DNA of 64,000 nt, taken from the NCBI RefSeq assembly GCF_041886205.1, contig NZ_CP169029.1; one strand, 5' to 3'. Under the pieces are notes generated by a model. That model ran no database searches. It was not told the origin of the DNA and was given only the letters and a program-made list of their open reading frames with translations. The translations under genes and the position numbers were made by a program. The stretch is from Escherichia coli. Lineage in GTDB: Bacteria; Pseudomonadota; Gammaproteobacteria; Enterobacterales; Enterobacteriaceae. This document shows, in pieces, positions 1-11,065 of the stretch. How positions within the stretch are numbered: the stretch's first letter is position 1; every line of letters starts with the position of its first letter.

Positions 1-572
1 GCAAACCAGCTTGCGGCAAGGCGCTGTTTTTCTTTCATCTGACGTTGCAGGCTATCGTCGGTGATCAGCCGTAACGCCTGATTCGGGCAAGCGCGAACGC
101 AGGCCGGACCTTCTGGCAAGAAATCACACAGGTCGCATTTCACCGCGACGGTCTGGACACCCGGTTCCCAGCGCAGCAACGCATGTTGGGGCAGCACGTT
201 TTCTTCGCCGTCTTTGAGTGAGCCTTCAGCCTGAAAAACATATTGCGCATGGGCATTCACCGGACGGCTTCCTGAAGCGCTGATTGCGCCAAATGGGCAG
301 ACCACGGCGCAAAGCTTGCAGCCAATACAGAGGCTTTCGTTGAGTTGGATCGCATCATCCCTCTGAGAGATGGCATTGACCGGGCAGACCTGCAGGCAAG
401 GGGCTTCCTCACAGTGATGACACACGACAGGGGCAGTGATTGTTGACGTCTTCGCCAGGGCCAGGCGCGGGTGTTGCTGTAAACCTTGCGTTTTATGCAC
501 GTCCGAACAGGCAGCGAGACAGGTATTACATCCTGTACACCACAGTGGTTCGGCCACCACAAAGCGGTTCAT
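1..572 (-). CDS. hyfA: Hydrogenase-4 component A (4Fe-4S ferredoxin-type), 5' part; C-terminus lies outside the window
   Basis: Reverse-strand translation from ATG at 570-572 gives MNRFVVAEPLWCTGCNTCLAACS... with repeated CxxCxxCxxxCP ferredoxin motifs; AGGAG RBS upstream; runs off window start, so absent from the ORF track. Confidence 0.85.
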   Translation of the reverse strand, partial: MNRFVVAEPLWCTGCNTCLAACSDVHKTQGLQQHPRLALAKTSTITAPVVCHHCEEAPCLQVCPVNAISQRDDAIQLNESLCIGCKLCAVVCPFGAISASGSRPVNAHAQYVFQAEGSLKDGEENVLPQHALLRWEPGVQTVAVKCDLCDFLPEGPACVRACPNQALRLITDDSLQRQMKEKQRLAASWF

Positions 573-824
573 GTCGGCTCCTTGAAAATGATATGAAACA
601 TTGCATTTCATATTGCATAAAGGATGTCATTCTGATTAACTCAATATATTCAATAAGTTATGTATTGACTGGATTCTGAACGGTACAAAAATGATGGTCA
701 TTAACGTTCAGCAAAAAATGGATTCGACACCCGTGTCGCAGGGGAAAGCGAGAATGTGATCTTGGTCACGAGAAGTGAGGTATGCTGGCCGCAAGCGCAG
801 CCAGCACGGAATGGAGCAAAGTAA

Positions 825-1295
825 TCAGGCGTGTTCTTTCAGCCAGTTCAGCACAACGTCGTGGTGATTGCTGGTTTTGAAATCGTCAAAGACATGTTCG
901 ATTTTGCCATCAGCGTCAATCAGGAAGCTGATGCGATGAATGCCATCGTAGGTTTTGCCCATGAAGGACTTTTCACCCCAGACGCCGAATTGTTCGCACA
1001 CCTGGTGGTCCTCATCAGACAGGAGCGTAAAGTTAAGCAGCTCTTTTTCCGCAAAACGGGAGAGTTTTTCGGGTTTATCGGTGCTGATACCCAGCACATC
1101 AACGCCCGCTTTTTTCAACTCATCCATGTTATCGCGTAAGCCGCAGGCCTGTACGGTACAGCCGGGGGTCATGGCTTTCGGGTAGAAATAAACCAGAACA
1201 CGCTGTCCCTGGAAGTCGGTCAAATTAACTTGTTCTCCGTCTTGATCCGGCAAGCTAAATTTCGGTGCGATATCACCGGCTTTCAGTGGATTCAT
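825..1295 (-). CDS. bcp: Thiol peroxidase / peroxiredoxin Bcp
   Basis: ORF-track 156 aa protein recognised as Bcp (FYPKAMTPGCTVQACG peroxiredoxin active site); start overlaps gcvR stop (TAATG). Confidence 0.93.
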   Translation of the reverse strand: MNPLKAGDIAPKFSLPDQDGEQVNLTDFQGQRVLVYFYPKAMTPGCTVQACGLRDNMDELKKAGVDVLGISTDKPEKLSRFAEKELLNFTLLSDEDHQVCEQFGVWGEKSFMGKTYDGIHRISFLIDADGKIEHVFDDFKTSNHHDVVLNWLKEHA

Positions 1296-1867
1296 TACTT
1301 AACTCCATCCTGTTCATCATGTTGGGAATAATTGACGACGTTAATACTGCCTTGTGCATTGAGTTCTGTACATAGGGCTTTGAACGCTTGCTCAATATTT
1401 GCTGCGTCCGCAGATGCGGGGCTGTGGGCGGTTATCTGAATATGCAACTGCGCAGCCCGTTCATTTTCAGCAGGTTGCGTGCGCGACACCAGCTCCGCAA
1501 TGTTCATATGATGCGCGTCGAAAAGTGCTGTGAAGCGTTCAATTAAATGCGGGGAGTCTGCCACATCGACCTGAACCCAGACAGATGCTGGCATTGGCGG
1601 ACGCGGACGCGCCGTCGTGCGCTTCATCACGATTAAAAGATCCAGCTCGGCACCTTTCAACGGTAACGTTGATTCAATCAGAGTAATGGCATTCCATGAA
1701 CCGGAAAGCAGCATGATAAACGTGAACTCTTCTCCCAGCATCGCCAGGCGACTGTCTTCAATATTACAGCCGCAACTACTGACATGACGGGTGATGGTGT
1801 TCACAATTCCAGGGCGATCGGCACCCAACGCAGTGATCACCAGATAATGTTGCGATGACAGTGTCAA
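1295..1867 (-). CDS. gcvR: Glycine cleavage system transcriptional repressor GcvR
   Basis: ORF-track protein recognised as GcvR (tandem ACT-like domains); annotated N-terminus MTLSSQ corresponds to a TTG start at 1865-1867, the longer upstream ATG in the track is probably not used. Confidence 0.85.
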   Translation of the reverse strand: MTLSSQHYLVITALGADRPGIVNTITRHVSSCGCNIEDSRLAMLGEEFTFIMLLSGSWNAITLIESTLPLKGAELDLLIVMKRTTARPRPPMPASVWVQVDVADSPHLIERFTALFDAHHMNIAELVSRTQPAENERAAQLHIQITAHSPASADAANIEQAFKALCTELNAQGSINVVNYSQHDEQDGVK

Positions 1868-2012
1868 ACTGGTTATTCCTTTAAGGGGTGAGTTGTTCTT
1901 AAGGAAAGCATAAAAAAAACATGCATACAACAATCAGAACGGTTCTGTCTGCTTGCTTTTAATGCCATACCAAACGTACCATTGAGACACTTGTTTGCAC
2001 AGAGGATGGCCC

Positions 2013-2891
2013 ATGTTCACGGGAAGTATTGTCGCGATTGTTACTCCGATGGATGAAAAAGGTAATGTCTGTCGGGCTAGCTTGAAAAAACTGATTGATT
2101 ATCATGTCGCCAGCGGTACTTCGGCGATCGTTTCTGTTGGCACCACTGGCGAGTCCGCTACCTTAAATCATGACGAACATGCTGATGTGGTGATGATGAC
2201 GCTGGAGCTGGCTGACGGGCGCATTCCGGTGATTGCCGGGACTGGTGCTAACGCTACTGCGGAAGCCATTAGCCTGACGCAGCGCTTTAATGACAGTGGT
2301 ATCGTCGGCTGCCTGACGGTAACCCCTTACTACAATCGTCCGTCGCAAGAAGGTTTGTATCAGCATTTCAAAGCCATCGCTGAGCATACTGACCTGCCGC
2401 AAATTCTGTATAATGTGCCGTCCCGTACTGGCTGCGATCTGCTCCCGGAAACGGTGGGCCGTCTGGCGAAAGTAAAAAATATTATCGGAATCAAAGAGGC
2501 AACAGGGAACTTAACGCGTGTAAACCAGATCAAAGAGCTGGTTTCAGATGATTTTGTTCTGCTGAGCGGCGATGATGCGAGCGCGCTGGACTTCATGCAA
2601 TTAGGCGGTCATGGGGTTATTTCCGTTACGGCTAACGTCGCAGCGCGTGATATGGCCCAGATGTGCAAACTGGCAGCAGAAGGGCATTTTGCCGAGGCAC
2701 GCGTTATTAATCAGCGTCTGATGCCATTACACAACAAACTATTTGTCGAACCCAATCCAATCCCGGTGAAATGGGCATGTAAGGAACTGGGTCTTGTGGC
2801 GACCGATACGCTGCGCCTGCCAATGACACCAATCACCGACAGTGGTCGTGAGACGGTCAGAGCGGCGCTTAAGCATGCCGGTTTGCTGTAA
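2013..2891 (+). CDS. dapA: 4-hydroxy-tetrahydrodipicolinate synthase
   Basis: 292 aa from ATG 2013 ([17 protein letters not shown]...), AGAGGA RBS 6 nt upstream; recognised DapA sequence. Confidence 0.93.
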   Translation: MFTGSIVAIVTPMDEKGNVCRASLKKLIDYHVASGTSAIVSVGTTGESATLNHDEHADVVMMTLELADGRIPVIAGTGANATAEAISLTQRFNDSGIVGCLTVTPYYNRPSQEGLYQHFKAIAEHTDLPQILYNVPSRTGCDLLPETVGRLAKVKNIIGIKEATGNLTRVNQIKELVSDDFVLLSGDDASALDFMQLGGHGVISVTANVAARDMAQMCKLAAEGHFAEARVINQRLMPLHNKLFVEPNPIPVKWACKELGLVATDTLRLPMTPITDSGRETVRAALKHAGLL

Positions 2892-2907
2892 AGTTTAGGG
2901 AGATTTG

Positions 2908-3942
2908 ATGGCTTACTCTGTTCAAAAGTCGCGCCTGGCAAAGGTTGCGGGTGTTTCGCTTATTTTATTACTCGCTGCCTGTAGTTCTGACTCACGCTAT
3001 AAGCGTCAGGTCAGTGGTGATGAAGCCTACCTGGAAGCGGCACCGCTTGCGGAGCTTCATGCCCCGGCTGGAATGATTTTGCCGGTGACCTCCGGTGATT
3101 ATGCAATCCCGGTGACCAACGGTAGTGGTGCTGTCGGTAAGGCGCTGGACATTCGTCCACCAGCCCAGCCGCTGGCACTGGTTTCTGGCGCGCGTACCCA
3201 GTTCACGGGCGATACCGCTTCATTGCTGGTGGAAAATGGTCGTGGCAATACTCTGTGGCCGCAGGTGGTTAGCGTGCTGCAGGCGAAAAACTACACCATC
3301 ACCCAACGTGATGATGCTGGTCAGACACTGACAACCGATTGGGTACAATGGAACCGTCTGGACGAAGACGAGCAGTATCGTGGTCGTTATCAAATCTCTG
3401 TTAAGCCGCAGGGTTATCAGCAGGCGGTTACGGTTAAACTGCTGAACCTGGAACAGGCGGGCAAACCGGTTGCAGACGCGGCTTCCATGCAGCGTTACAG
3501 CACGGAGATGATGAACGTTATTTCCGCCGGTCTGGATAAATCTGCCACTGACGCCGCGAACGCTGCGCAAAATCGTGCCTCCACCACTATGGACGTACAA
3601 AGTGCAGCTGATGACACCGGTTTACCAATGCTGGTCGTACGCGGGCCGTTCAATGTGGTTTGGCAACGTCTGCCAGCGGCGCTGGAAAAAGTGGGCATGA
3701 AAGTGACCGACAGCACCCGTTCGCAGGGCAACATGGCCGTAACTTATAAGCCGCTGTCTGACAGCGACTGGCAGGAACTGGGCGCGAGCGATCCAGGCCT
3801 GGCATCCGGTGACTATAAACTGCAGGTTGGCGATTTAGATAACCGCAGTAGCCTACAGTTCATCGATCCGAAAGGTCATACTCTGACTCAGAGTCAGAAC
3901 GACGCGCTGGTAGCTGTCTTCCAGGCTGCGTTTAGCAAGTAA
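2908..3942 (+). CDS. bamC: Outer membrane protein assembly factor BamC (lipoprotein NlpB)
   Basis: [27 protein letters not shown] lipoprotein signal peptide with LAAC lipobox; recognised BamC; ATG at 2908 preceded by GGGAGA. Confidence 0.92.
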   Translation: MAYSVQKSRLAKVAGVSLILLLAACSSDSRYKRQVSGDEAYLEAAPLAELHAPAGMILPVTSGDYAIPVTNGSGAVGKALDIRPPAQPLALVSGARTQFTGDTASLLVENGRGNTLWPQVVSVLQAKNYTITQRDDAGQTLTTDWVQWNRLDEDEQYRGRYQISVKPQGYQQAVTVKLLNLEQAGKPVADAASMQRYSTEMMNVISAGLDKSATDAANAAQNRASTTMDVQSAADDTGLPMLVVRGPFNVVWQRLPAALEKVGMKVTDSTRSQGNMAVTYKPLSDSDWQELGASDPGLASGDYKLQVGDLDNRSSLQFIDPKGHTLTQSQNDALVAVFQAAFSK

Positions 3943-3948
3943 AAATAC

Positions 3949-3977
3949 AGGGCTGGAATCATCCGGCCCTTTTTTCT
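3949..3977 (+). terminator. Rho-independent terminator downstream of bamC
   Basis: agggctgg-aatcat-ccggccct stem-loop followed by TTTTTTCT. Confidence 0.7.
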
Positions 3978-3985
3978 GATATGAT

Positions 3986-4001
3986 ACGCAAACGTGTGCG
4001 T
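3986..4001. promoter_or_regulatory. PurR operator (PUR box) upstream of purC
   Basis: ACGCAAACGTGTGCGT, a near-palindromic match to the PurR box consensus (ACGCAAACGTTTGCGT-like), about 150 bp upstream of purC. Confidence 0.7.
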
Positions 4002-4048
4002 CGGCAGGAAAACGCGATTTTAGCGGTAATTCGCACGAAATTTGTTTG

Positions 4049-4100
4049 TCGGACGTCGTTCGGATAAAGCGTTCACGCCGCATCCGACAAAACATCCGGC
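4049..4100. repeat. REP (repetitive extragenic palindromic) element
   Basis: gtcggacgtcgttcggataaagcgttcacgccgcatccgacaa resembles the E. coli REP consensus (GGATAAGGCGTTCACGCCGCATCCGGC). Confidence 0.6.
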
Positions 4101-4154
4101 ACACCAGACAGCAAAAGATTTTAAAACGTTAATTCACACCCAGGAGTGATAAAG

Positions 4155-4868
4155 ATGCAAAAGCAAGCTGAGTTGTATCGTGGTAAAGCGAAAACCGTAT
4201 ACAGCACGGAAAACCCGGACCTGTTGGTGCTCGAATTCCGCAATGATACGTCAGCAGGGGATGGCGCGCGCATTGAGCAGTTTGATCGCAAAGGTATGGT
4301 GAACAACAAGTTCAACTACTTCATTATGAGCAAACTGGCTGAAGCGGGTATCCCGACTCAAATGGAGCGTCTGCTCTCCGATACCGAATGTCTGGTGAAA
4401 AAGCTGGATATGGTGCCGGTTGAGTGTGTCGTGCGTAACCGTGCTGCTGGCTCTCTGGTGAAACGTCTTGGAATCGAAGAAGGTATTGAGCTGAACCCGC
4501 CGCTGTTCGATCTGTTCCTGAAAAACGACGCCATGCACGATCCGATGGTCAACGAATCTTACTGCGAAACCTTTGGCTGGGTGAGCAAAGAGAACCTGGC
4601 GCGTATGAAAGAGCTGACCTACAAAGCGAACGACGTGCTGAAAAAACTGTTCGATGATGCTGGTCTGATTCTGGTCGACTTCAAGCTGGAATTTGGTCTG
4701 TACAAAGGCGAAGTGGTACTGGGTGATGAGTTCTCCCCGGACGGTAGCCGCCTGTGGGACAAAGAAACGCTGGAGAAAATGGACAAAGACCGTTTCCGCC
4801 AGAGCCTCGGTGGCCTGATCGAGGCCTATGAAGCCGTCGCCCGCCGCCTGGGTGTACAGCTGGACTGA
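4155..4868 (+). CDS. purC: Phosphoribosylaminoimidazole-succinocarboxamide synthase (SAICAR synthetase)
   Basis: 237 aa from ATG 4155 ([17 protein letters not shown]...), CAGGAG RBS; recognised PurC. Confidence 0.93.
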
Positions 4869-5035
4869 TTTTTCTGTTCATCATCTTGCCGTGCTGCTGG
4901 CACGGCAAGACAACCATTCTCGTAAGATGTGCATTGAACGCTCATTCCTCCGCCATTTCATCCCGCTTTCCTGTGGTAATCTTCCTCTGAACCACCTACG
5001 ATCATTTCTATAATGAATATATTGTTGAGGTATCT

Positions 5036-5899
5036 ATGCGTTGGCAAGGGCGACGTGAAAGTGACAATGTTGAAGACAGGCGCAATAGCTCCGGTGGTCC
5101 GTCAATGGGCGGTCCCGGTTTCCGTCTGCCGAGCGGTAAAGGCGGGCTGATTTTACTGATAGTCGTGCTGGTTGCAGGCTACTATGGCGTTGATTTAACC
5201 GGGTTGATGACCGGGCAGCCGGTTTCTCAACAGCAATCAACGCGGTCAATTAGCCCAAATGAAGACGAAGCCGCAAAATTCACCTCGGTGATTCTGGCAA
5301 CCACGGAAGACACCTGGGGACAACAGTTCGAAAAGATGGGTAAGACCTATCAGCAACCGAAGCTGGTCATGTACCGTGGAATGACGCGCACCGGATGCGG
5401 GGCGGGCCAGTCCATTATGGGGCCGTTCTATTGCCCGGCGGATGGCACGGTTTATATCGATCTCTCCTTCTATGATGACATGAAAGACAAACTTGGCGCG
5501 GATGGCGATTTTGCCCAGGGGTACGTTATCGCCCATGAGGTCGGTCATCATGTGCAGAAACTGTTAGGCATCGAGCCGAAAGTTCGTCAACTGCAACAAA
5601 ACGCGACGCAGGCGGAAGTGAACCGCTTATCTGTGCGTATGGAACTCCAGGCCGACTGTTTTGCCGGTGTCTGGGGGCATAGTATGCAGCAGCAAGGCGT
5701 TCTGGAAACCGGCGATCTGGAAGAGGCGCTGAACGCGGCGCAGGCCATCGGCGATGACCGTTTACAACAGCAAAGTCAGGGGCGAGTAGTACCAGACAGT
5801 TTCACTCATGGCACTTCTCAGCAACGCTACAGCTGGTTTAAACGTGGTTTCGACAGCGGCGATCCGGCACAATGCAATACTTTTGGTAAAAGCATTTAA
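5036..5899 (+). CDS. ypfJ: Putative zinc metallopeptidase YpfJ
   Basis: 287 aa; predicted N-terminal membrane anchor; HEVGHH (HExxH) zinc-binding motif; recognised YpfJ. Confidence 0.88.
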
Positions 5900-5913
5900 C
5901 TTCCGGGGCAGGG

Positions 5914-7929
5914 ATGGCTGAACTGACTGCGCTTCACACATTAACAGCGCAAATGAAACGTGAAGGGATCCGCCGCTTGCTGGTGTTGAGCGGGGAAGAG
6001 GGTTGGTGTTTTGATCATGCGCTTAAGTTGCGTGATGCCTTACCTGGCGACTGGCTGTGGATTTCGCCGCAGCCAGATGCTGAAAACCACTGTTTACCCT
6101 CGGCGCTACAAACTTTACTTGGGCGCGAGTTCCGGCATGCGGTATTCGACGCCCGCCACGGCTTTGATGCCGCTGCCTTTGCGGCACTTAGCGGAACGTT
6201 GAAAGCGGGAAGTTGGCTGGTTTTGTTACTCCCTGTATGGGAAGAGTGGGAAAACCAACCTGATGCCGACTCGCTGCGCTGGAGTGATTGCCCTGACCCT
6301 ATTGCGACGCCGCATTTTGTCCAGCATCTCAAACGCGTACTTACGGCGGATAACGACGCTATTCTCTGGCGGCAAAACCAGCCGTTCTCGTTGGCGCATT
6401 TTACTCCCCGTACTGACTGGCACCCCGCGACCGGCACACCACAACCAGAACAACAGCAACTCTTACAGCAGTTACTGACCATGCCGCCGGGCGTGGCAGC
6501 GGTAACTGCTGCGCGTGGGCGCGGTAAATCGGCGTTGGCAGGGCAACTCATTTCTCGTATTGCGGGCAGTGCGATTGTCACCGCGCCCGCAAAAGCGGCA
6601 ACGGATGTACTGGCACAATTTGCGGGCGAGAAGTTTCGCTTTATCGCACCGGATGCCTTGTTAGCCAGCGATGAGCAAGCCGACTGGCTGGTGGTCGATG
6701 AAGCCGCAGCCATACCTGCTCCGTTGTTGCATCAACTGGTATCGCGTTTTCCTCGAACGTTGTTAACCACTACGGTGCAGGGCTACGAAGGCACCGGACG
6801 TGGTTTTTTGCTGAAATTTTGCGCTCGCTTTCCGCATTTACACCGTTTTGAACTGCAACAACCGATCCGCTGGGCGCAGGGATGCCCGCTGGAGAAAATG
6901 GTCAGCGAGGCACTGGTTTTTGGCGATGAAAACTTCACCCATACACCACAAGGCAATATTGTCATTTCCGCATTTGAACAGACGTTATGGCGAAGCGAGC
7001 CAGAAACGCCGTTAAAGGTTTATCAGTTATTGTCTGGTGCGCACTACCGGACTTCGCCGCTGGATTTACGCCGTATGATGGATGCACCAGGGCAACATTT
7101 TTTACAGGCGGCTGGCGAAAACGAGATTGCCGGGGCGCTGTGGCTGGTGGATGAGGGCGGATTATCTCAAGAACTCAGTCAGGCGGTATGGGCAGGTTTT
7201 CGTCGCCCGCGGGGTAATCTGGTGGCCCAGTCGCTGGCGGCGCACGGCAGCAATCCACTGGCGGCGACATTGCGCGGACGGCGGGTCAGCCGGATAGCAG
7301 TTCATCCGGCTCGTCAGCGGGAAGGCACAGGGCAGCAACTTATTGCTGGTGCTTTGCAATATACGCATGACCTCGACTATCTTTCGGTGAGTTTTGGTTA
7401 CACCGGGGAGTTATGGCGTTTCTGGCAACGCTGCGGTTTTGTGCTGGTGCGGATGGGTAATCATCGTGAAGCCAGCAGCGGTTGCTATACGGCGATGGCG
7501 CTGTTACCGATGAGTGATGCGGGTAAACAACTGGCTGAAGGTGAGCATTACCGTTTACGTCGCGATGCGCAAGCTCTCGCAAAGTGGAATGGCGAAATGC
7601 TTCCTGTTGATCCACTAAACGATGCCGTCCTTTCTGACGACGACTGGCTTGAACTGGCCGGTTTTGCTTTCGCTCATCGTCCGCTATTAACATCGTTAGG
7701 TTGCTTATTGCGTCTGCTACAAACCAGTGAACTGGCATTACCGGCGCTGCGTGGGCGTTTACAGAAAAACGTCAGCGACGCGCAGTTATGTACCACACTT
7801 AAACTTTCAGGCCGCAAGATGTTACTGGTCCGTCAGCGGGAAGAGGCCGCACAGGCGCTGTTCGCACTTAATGAGGTTCGCACTGAGCGTCTGCGCGATC
7901 GCATAACGCAATGGCAATTTTTTCACTGA
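5914..7929 (+). CDS. tmcA: tRNA(Met) cytidine acetyltransferase TmcA
   Basis: 671 aa; Walker A ARGRGKS, C-terminal GNAT-like region; recognised TmcA (YpfI). Confidence 0.9.
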   Translation: MAELTALHTLTAQMKREGIRRLLVLSGEEGWCFDHALKLRDALPGDWLWISPQPDAENHCLPSALQTLLGREFRHAVFDARHGFDAAAFAALSGTLKAGSWLVLLLPVWEEWENQPDADSLRWSDCPDPIATPHFVQHLKRVLTADNDAILWRQNQPFSLAHFTPRTDWHPATGTPQPEQQQLLQQLLTMPPGVAAVTAARGRGKSALAGQLISRIAGSAIVTAPAKAATDVLAQFAGEKFRFIAPDALLASDEQADWLVVDEAAAIPAPLLHQLVSRFPRTLLTTTVQGYEGTGRGFLLKFCARFPHLHRFELQQPIRWAQGCPLEKMVSEALVFGDENFTHTPQGNIVISAFEQTLWRSEPETPLKVYQLLSGAHYRTSPLDLRRMMDAPGQHFLQAAGENEIAGALWLVDEGGLSQELSQAVWAGFRRPRGNLVAQSLAAHGSNPLAATLRGRRVSRIAVHPARQREGTGQQLIAGALQYTHDLDYLSVSFGYTGELWRFWQRCGFVLVRMGNHREASSGCYTAMALLPMSDAGKQLAEGEHYRLRRDAQALAKWNGEMLPVDPLNDAVLSDDDWLELAGFAFAHRPLLTSLGCLLRLLQTSELALPALRGRLQKNVSDAQLCTTLKLSGRKMLLVRQREEAAQALFALNEVRTERLRDRITQWQFFH

Positions 7930-8002
7930 CTCCTTCAATTTTCTCCCATGGTCATTGTGAGTCAGCGGCGTAAAATTAATGACATCAGTTAAGGAGTTCG
8001 CC

Positions 8003-8701
8003 ATGAAACATGACCATTTTGTTGTTCAAAGCCCGGATAAACCTGCGCAACAGTTATTGCTGCTTTTTCACGGCGTCGGTGATAACCCGGTAGCGATGGG
8101 GGAAATAGGCAGCTGGTTTGCGCCGCTATTTCCTGATGCGCTGGTGGTGAGTGTCGGAGGCGCGGAGCTGAGCGGTAATCCGGCGGGGCGTCAGTGGTTT
8201 TCGGTGCAGGGTATTACGGAAGATAATCGCCAGGCGCGTGTGGATGCGATCATGCCGACGTTTATTGAAACGGTACGCTACTGGCAGAAACAGAGTGGAG
8301 TAGGGGCTAACGCCACGGCGCTGATTGGTTTCTCACAAGGCGCGATTATGGCGCTGGAGAGTATTAAAGCCGAACCGGGCCTTGCTTCGCGCGTCATTGC
8401 CTTTAACGGACGCTATGCGAGCCTGCCGGAAACCGCGTCTACAGCCACGACAATTCACTTGATTCATGGTGGTGAAGATCCGGTTATCGATCTGGCGCAT
8501 GCGGTTGCGGCGCAGGAAGCGTTAATCAGTGCCGGTGGTGACGTGACGCTGGATATCGTGGAGGATTTAGGCCATGCGATCGACAATCGCAGTATGCAAT
8601 TTGCCCTGGATCACTTGCGTTATACCATTCCGAAACATTATTTCGACGAAGCGCTAAGTGGCGGTAAGCCAGGCGATGATGATGTGATTGAAATGATGTA
8701 A
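8003..8701 (+). CDS. ypfH: Esterase YpfH (phospholipase/carboxylesterase family)
   Basis: 232 aa from ATG 8003 (MKHDHFVVQSPDKPAQQ...), AAGGAG RBS; GFSQG serine-hydrolase motif. Confidence 0.88.
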   Translation: MKHDHFVVQSPDKPAQQLLLLFHGVGDNPVAMGEIGSWFAPLFPDALVVSVGGAELSGNPAGRQWFSVQGITEDNRQARVDAIMPTFIETVRYWQKQSGVGANATALIGFSQGAIMALESIKAEPGLASRVIAFNGRYASLPETASTATTIHLIHGGEDPVIDLAHAVAAQEALISAGGDVTLDIVEDLGHAIDNRSMQFALDHLRYTIPKHYFDEALSGGKPGDDDVIEMM

Positions 8702-8712
8702 AAGACAGATTA

Positions 8713-8797
8713 CCAGGCCTGATAAGACGCGTGATGCGTCGTATCAGGCATCGTTCACCATTGCCGGATGCGGCGTTAACGCCTTATCCGGCCTACG
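8713..8797. repeat. BIME: two REP elements between ypfH and ypfN
   Basis: gcctgataagacgcgtgatgcgtcgtatcaggc and gccggatgcggcgttaacgccttatccggcctac, both matching the REP consensus. Confidence 0.8.
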
Positions 8798-8811
8798 GTT
8801 GAGCACTCAGC

Positions 8812-9012
8812 TTACTTCTTCGGTTGATCCTTCTTCGGCCAGTCGTCGTCATCGTCCCACTTATCGTTGAAATCACGATGCGGGGGAAGCTCCGGCTTGT
8901 TGGCGAGAAATTTCTTATGGTCTACGCGCTTGAGATCTTTAATCACGTTCAGCAGGACGCCTACCAAAAAGACAATCACCAGAATCCACCAATATTTAGC
9001 CAGCCAGTCCAT
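8812..9012 (-). CDS. ypfN: Small membrane protein YpfN (UPF0370)
   Basis: 66 aa from the internal ATG ([27 protein letters not shown]...), single TM helix, acidic tail; GAGGGA RBS. Confidence 0.8.
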
Positions 9013-9039
9013 GCTTATTCCCTCTTGAAGAACCACTCA

Positions 9040-10167
9040 TCAGGCGACGAGCTGTTCCATGATACGTTGATACATACGGGCAAGTAGCTGCAGGTCGGCA
9101 GCGTTCACACATTCATTAATTTTATGAATAGTGGCATTGACCGGCCCGAGTTCCACCACCTGCGCCCCCATGCGGGCAATAAAGCGCCCGTCGGACGTTC
9201 CGCCTGTGGTCAGTAGCTGCGGTTTAATTTCATTATAGTGCTCAACCGCGTTAACGACCGCATCCACCAGTTTACCGCGCGCGGTCAAAAATGGCTGCCC
9301 GGAAAGCCACCAATCCACCGTATAGCGCAGTTGATGTTTTTCAAGCAGGGCAAGTACCTGCGCTTTGATCATCTCATCAGTCAGTTCGGTGCTGAAGCGG
9401 AAGTTAAACTGCACAAACAGTTCACCCGGAATAACGTTGTTACTGCCCGTTCCCGCCTGAATATTGGCAATCTGCATACTGGTCGCCGGGAAGAATTCAT
9501 TGCCCTGATCCCACTCAATAGCCACTAATTCATTAAGGAAAGGTGCTGCGCGATGTACCGGATTGTCAGCCAGATGTGGGTAGGCAACATGCCCCTGAAC
9601 GCCATGAATGGTAAGGTTGCAGGTTAATGATCCGCGACGACCATTTTTCACCACATCACCTACCACTTCGATACTCGACGGTTCGCCAACCAGGCAGTAA
9701 TCGAGACGCTCATTACGTGCCATTAACGCTTCGACGACTTTTACCGTACCGTTGTGGGCACTGGCTTCTTCATCAGAGGTGATCAGAAATGCCAGTCGCC
9801 CCGTATGGTTGGGATGTTGTGCGACAAAACGTTCTGCCGCCACCACCATCGCCGCCAGCGAGCCTTTCATATCTGCCGCACCGCGCCCGAATAACATGCC
9901 GTCACGAATGGTGGGTTCAAACGGGGGATTGATCCAACGATCGGCGTCGCCAGGCGGCACCACGTCGGTATGCCCGGCAAAGGCTAACGTTTCACCCTGC
10001 CCACGCCATGCCCAAAAATTCTGCGTATCGGCAAAGTCCATGCGTTCAACGGTAAAACCGATCGCCTGCAAACGTTCAATCAACAAAGCCTGGCATCCTG
10101 CATCATCAGGACTCAGGGAAGGGCGGCGAATAAGCTGTTGTGTCAGCTCAATAACCGGGCACGACAT
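9040..10167 (-). CDS. dapE: Succinyl-diaminopimelate desuccinylase
   Basis: 375 aa M20 peptidase-family protein; recognised DapE. Confidence 0.93.
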
Positions 10168-10170
10168 AGA

Positions 10171-10545
<375 letters not shown>

Positions 10546-10907
10546 TTATGAGAATAAATACTCATTTAAGGGTGAAAACATTTTGCCTGCAAATGATTAT
10601 CAGGAAATATAACATTATCGAAGTATTCAAATTAACAACTATTAAATAATATTAAACATTTTTAACGTAAACATTAAGAATATTCATCTTGTTATCTGTC
10701 TGTATTTTAACCAGAATTAAATCAGTATTAGATGCCGTATGAATATCTCGAAATGTTGCTGTGTATCACATACAAATCATCACCGCAGGACCATAGTATT
10801 TACATAAGATTTGTCCCCCGGAGGTAGTCATCGCAGCAATCGAGTAAATTAGCTTCACCACGGTATATTGTTTCCGTAGAATACCCATAATTATAAGAGA
10901 GGTTGTT

Positions 10908-10967
10908 ATGATTGAACGTGAACTGGGGAACTGGAAAGACTTTATCGAAGTTATGCTTCGTAAGTAA
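10908..10967 (+). CDS. ypfM: Small protein YpfM (19 aa)
   Basis: atg att gaa cgt gaa ctg ggg aac tgg aaa gac ttt atc gaa gtt atg ctt cgt aag taa = MIERELGNWKDFIEVMLRK, with AGAGAGG RBS; below ORF-track length cutoff; matches the known E. coli small protein. Confidence 0.7.
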   Translation: MIERELGNWKDFIEVMLRK

Positions 10968-11027
10968 TTCCTGAGACAAAGTACAAACAGCAAGAACCCG
11001 CTGAGCAGGTTCTTAATCGGAAAGTTG

Positions 11028-11061
11028 AAAAAGGCGACACATTGGCATGTCGCCTTTTTTA
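11028..11061. terminator. Bidirectional rho-independent terminator (ypfM / acrD)
   Basis: AAAAAggcgaca-cattggca-tgtcgccTTTTTT; A-run and T-run flank the stem, so functional on both strands; acrD stop is at 11066. Confidence 0.75.
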
Positions 11062-11065
11062 TTGC

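Noticed and set aside
573-824. Sigma-54 (-24/-12) promoter for the hyf operon upstream of hyfA
   Set aside because: The hyf operon is expected to be sigma-54 dependent, but I could not find a convincing TGGCAC-N5-TTGCA match on the minus strand by eye, so I do not report a site.
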